Shown in pieces: positions 8,501-9,895 of a stretch of 9,895 nt of DNA. Origin of the DNA: Escherichia coli (GTDB taxonomy: Bacteria > Pseudomonadota > Gammaproteobacteria > Enterobacterales > Enterobacteriaceae); the NCBI RefSeq assembly GCF_003334355.1, contig NZ_QOWP01000057.1. One strand, written 5' to 3'. Made by a program: the position numbers and the translations under genes. The notes beneath the pieces were generated by a model. It was not told the origin of the DNA, made no database searches, and saw only the letters and a list, made by a program, of their open reading frames with translations. Position 1 is the first letter of the stretch. Every line of letters begins with the position of its first letter.

Positions 8501-8899
8501 CTGTTTACGGTTGAAGTACCAGTCCAGGTAGATCTCGGTAAACAGAAGCGACAAGTACTGAAAATATTTCATGTTCAGCACTGTGTCTTCTTTACGATTA
8601 CGGTGCTCGGTTATCTGCTGCCAGTGCTGCACGATATTGAGATCGTAACGACGCAGTTCATCGAGATCGATAAGATCGACCTCGAATAAATAGTTACTCA
8701 GCTCATGGAAGAATAAGCTTTGGCCATCTTCATGGATGCCTTCAAAGCGATCCTCGCCTAACCGATTCTTCAAACCTTGCAATGTGCCATCTTTAAAAAA
8801 ATGGAACATAAAGCGGTTTAAAACCAACTGCTTATGAAAGCTCAGCTTGCTGTTAGTCTCTTTTTTAACTGCTTTACCGGTGGTCGGTTTTTTAGCCAT
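5519..8899 (-). CDS. SF2 helicase with C-terminal PD-(D/E)xK nuclease motif; Type III restriction Res-like subunit (1126 aa)
   Basis: Intact ORF. Strong RBS GGAGGAGG 7 nt upstream of the ATG at 8899. Walker A ATGSGKT (aa 177-183; 8351-8371), motif II LIDEGH (aa 278-283; 8051-8062), motif VI QLFGRGVR (aa 634-641; 6977-7000), and C-terminal YPDFLLWLV...LIDPK (aa 1022-1045; 5765-5833) fitting PD-x(n)-(D/E)xK. Helicase-then-nuclease order matches Type III Res. Confidence 0.8.
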   Translation of the reverse strand: MAKKPTTGKAVKKETNSKLSFHKQLVLNRFMFHFFKDGTLQGLKNRLGEDRFEGIHEDGQSLFFHELSNYLFEVDLIDLDELRRYDLNIVQHWQQITEHRNRKEDTVLNMKYFQYLSLLFTEIYLDWYFNRKQQLLDGLNNELAAYNAENDKTAKDRANQFKSYVLDDLNKLAYWNATGSGKTLLLHVNILQYLHYFQNGNSHHYPDKIILLTPDERLSKQHLDELENSGFTQYQLFDKSKSAPFKGTIEVIDINKLADEMGDKTVAVEAFEGNNLVLIDEGHKGTGSAAGAWMRRRDKLTRDGFAFEYSATFGQAVAGGNNVEAVETEIQKKKAKLLFETTALGKLSEEQLAQIALTSEEQRDARIQATREVYGKSILFDYSYKFFYEDGYGKESLILNLNPEEDKKDERRYEYFTACLLSFYQQQYLFNKNKEKLNEFNIEKPLWVFVGNTVSGEDSDIHAVLRFLAWFLNHESQAKSWIKDLIENKARILDTKERNIFENRFTALMNGPEDIYADILSRLFNTTHSGQRLRVLNLIGSKGELALQVGEAEPFGLINIGDAPSLYKMCEEDTTFDYQRDDFAKSLFHTLNDKDSQLHILIGSRKFTEGWSSWRVSTMGLLNMGRGEGSQIIQLFGRGVRLKGRNYSLKRSTPGERPKGLHLEKLETLNVFGVRADYMATFKQYLEDEGITPSDEILELNFETRPNMPATRLKTLKLKDGYKDNQRLGFKRVYFPELYEVPADFQGKIKQPHIKLDLYPKLESIDTSRKGDNTPVNVRNEAKLDYKIISAFDFDRLYLAIQNYKLQRGWSNLRVDKQRLIDFCTGKTKIGNSWYTLLIPASELEIKQYADIAKQEDIMLRLLTDYTDRFYNTLKNAYEGQFYEVTQVKEDDPGMIKMYHFEIEETDDGLAYASRLEQLQQLVIDGEIGKAKSWSASGMVAITFDKHLYYPLLSIEKNANIPLKMRPATLGASSEITFVHDLQSFVDSTKGQKIIGDKSLYLLRNADSKNRGLGFATAGNFYPDFLLWLVDDKSGKQWLSLIDPKGIRNLNLDDPKFGLYKEIKNLEHKLSDDNLSLSAFIVSETCYVDLVNVPDSKENLEARNVLFIEDTGSLYLEKLFSKMVSE

Positions 8900-8901
8900 T
8901 C

Positions 8902-9873
8902 TTAAACCTCCTCCGCAAACATCAGGTTCAAGAATTCAGGTTCGATCTGGCGGATTTTCAGGCTACGAACAATCTCGCCGTCTTCTTCATCAACGGTAAA
9001 GGCGGTAGGTAAGTTATGATCGCCATTGATATAGATAACGTCGAACGTATTTTCTTTTGCATATAAATCGAATCTGTTGGCATATTTATTCAATTCTTCA
9101 TAGCCGATCTTGTCGCAATCGCGCCACAGAATAAGGGTACGCTCGCCAGTTGGTAGCGTTCCTTCAACACGCACATAGCCACGTTCGATATTGGATTCGA
9201 TGGATTTCACATGTAAGCCAATGAGATAGTTGAAAGTTTCAACTAAATCGATGTTCTTACGCTCAGTAGCACCTGCGGAATCCGTTGTAACATCCATTTC
9301 GTAGTTAAATGGTTTTTTGAAATTATCAGTATTGAGTAGTGAGCCTTTGCTTTCTGTTTCAAGCATATAGTTAAGAACATAATCCTCTCGAATTTCTTTA
9401 AGATCGTCGAAAAGATCCTTTGTTGTTTCAGTACGTTTCAGTGCTATATTGTTAAGAGTATCCTCAAAACTCTCAATTTTAATATATTTTATTAATGTCT
9501 GCTCAACTGGATTACAGCTTAGTGCTTTTCCATACTTCCAGTCAGTTGTAAAAATAGCTTTTTTTACTCTAGGCAAGGTAACAGAATAAAAATATTCACC
9601 TTGTTCGACCAAGCTAAATTTTCGAAAACCATTATCATCCCTATTCATATCTACCACTGCATGCCCTGTAGTACCAGAGCCAGCAAAATAGTCTAAGAAA
9701 TGAGCATACTTCGAATTACTAAGCGACTCTAAACATTCCTTAACCGCATAAATACTTTTTGGAAAAGAAAAATTAATCTGAGTCACGTTAAACAAACTAT
9801 TTAATAGTTCCGAACCATTGAACCGCCCCGGGTTTCCTGGAGAGTGTTTTATCTGTGAACTCAGGCTGCCAGA
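8902..9873 (-). CDS. Type III Mod-like N6/N4 DNA methyltransferase, C-terminal portion (AdoMet motif I plus C-terminal domain); reading frame interrupted upstream
   Basis: Open frame 9873..8902 contains FSFPKS...LDYFAGSGTTGHAV (motif I at 9667-9693) followed by RKFSLVEQGEYF, the pattern seen in beta-class and Type III Mod methyltransferases. The stop TAA overlaps the res RBS with only a 2-nt gap to the res ATG. In-frame stop at 9874-9876; a different frame is open 9800-9895. The catalytic DPPY-type motif is not in the window. Confidence 0.65.
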   Translation of the reverse strand, partial: SGSLSSQIKHSPGNPGRFNGSELLNSLFNVTQINFSFPKSIYAVKECLESLSNSKYAHFLDYFAGSGTTGHAVVDMNRDDNGFRKFSLVEQGEYFYSVTLPRVKKAIFTTDWKYGKALSCNPVEQTLIKYIKIESFEDTLNNIALKRTETTKDLFDDLKEIREDYVLNYMLETESKGSLLNTDNFKKPFNYEMDVTTDSAGATERKNIDLVETFNYLIGLHVKSIESNIERGYVRVEGTLPTGERTLILWRDCDKIGYEELNKYANRFDLYAKENTFDVIYINGDHNLPTAFTVDEEDGEIVRSLKIRQIEPEFLNLMFAEEV

Positions 9874-9895
9874 TCATCGTTTCCGATGGAAGCAT

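Noticed and set aside
6146-8689. ORF-track entries inside the helicase-nuclease gene (6146-6376, 6547-6795, 6641-6904, 7711-8139, 7938-8288, 8498-8689)
   Set aside because: Antisense or alternative-frame ORFs within a long, motif-rich gene.
8902-9795. TTG at 9795 as the true start of the Mod-like gene (the 297-aa ORF-track call)
   Set aside because: The frame stays open and protein-like upstream to 9873, including the FP...motif I context. The TTG has no convincing RBS and would give a methyltransferase with no catalytic region.
9797-9895. Phase-variable simple-sequence repeat in mod
   Set aside because: No homopolymer longer than about 4 nt and no tandem short repeats at the frame discontinuity; a simple frameshift, truncation or sequence error is more likely.
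1-9895. CRISPR arrays, tRNA or rRNA genes
   Set aside because: No regularly spaced direct repeats and no tRNA-like or rRNA-like sequence seen anywhere in the window.

Overview
This window looks like an Escherichia coli-type chromosome at the nanCMS sialic-acid locus, next to the fimB-side regulatory region. Calls rest on reading the sequence and recalled motifs; no database search was run. Left edge (1-131) is the right end of an IS1 copy, followed by an intergenic region carrying a NanR-type GGTATA operator (~884-906). nanC (1322-2038), nanM (2058-3164) and nanS (3229-4209) follow on the + strand. Downstream of nanS the DNA becomes AT-rich and looks horizontally acquired: two decayed HNH-nuclease remnants in opposite orientation (4220-4857), a very AT-rich ~300 bp spacer, a 100-aa orphan ORF (5170-5472) and a convergent bidirectional terminator (5475-5507). 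The main candidate system is a tightly coupled - strand gene pair: a Mod-like N6/N4 methyltransferase gene (8902-9873, interrupted and running off the window) immediately upstream of an intact 1126-aa SF2 helicase with a C-terminal PD-(D/E)xK nuclease motif (5519-8899). I read this as a Type III restriction-modification-like module, with an unusually long Res-like subunit and a possibly defective mod.
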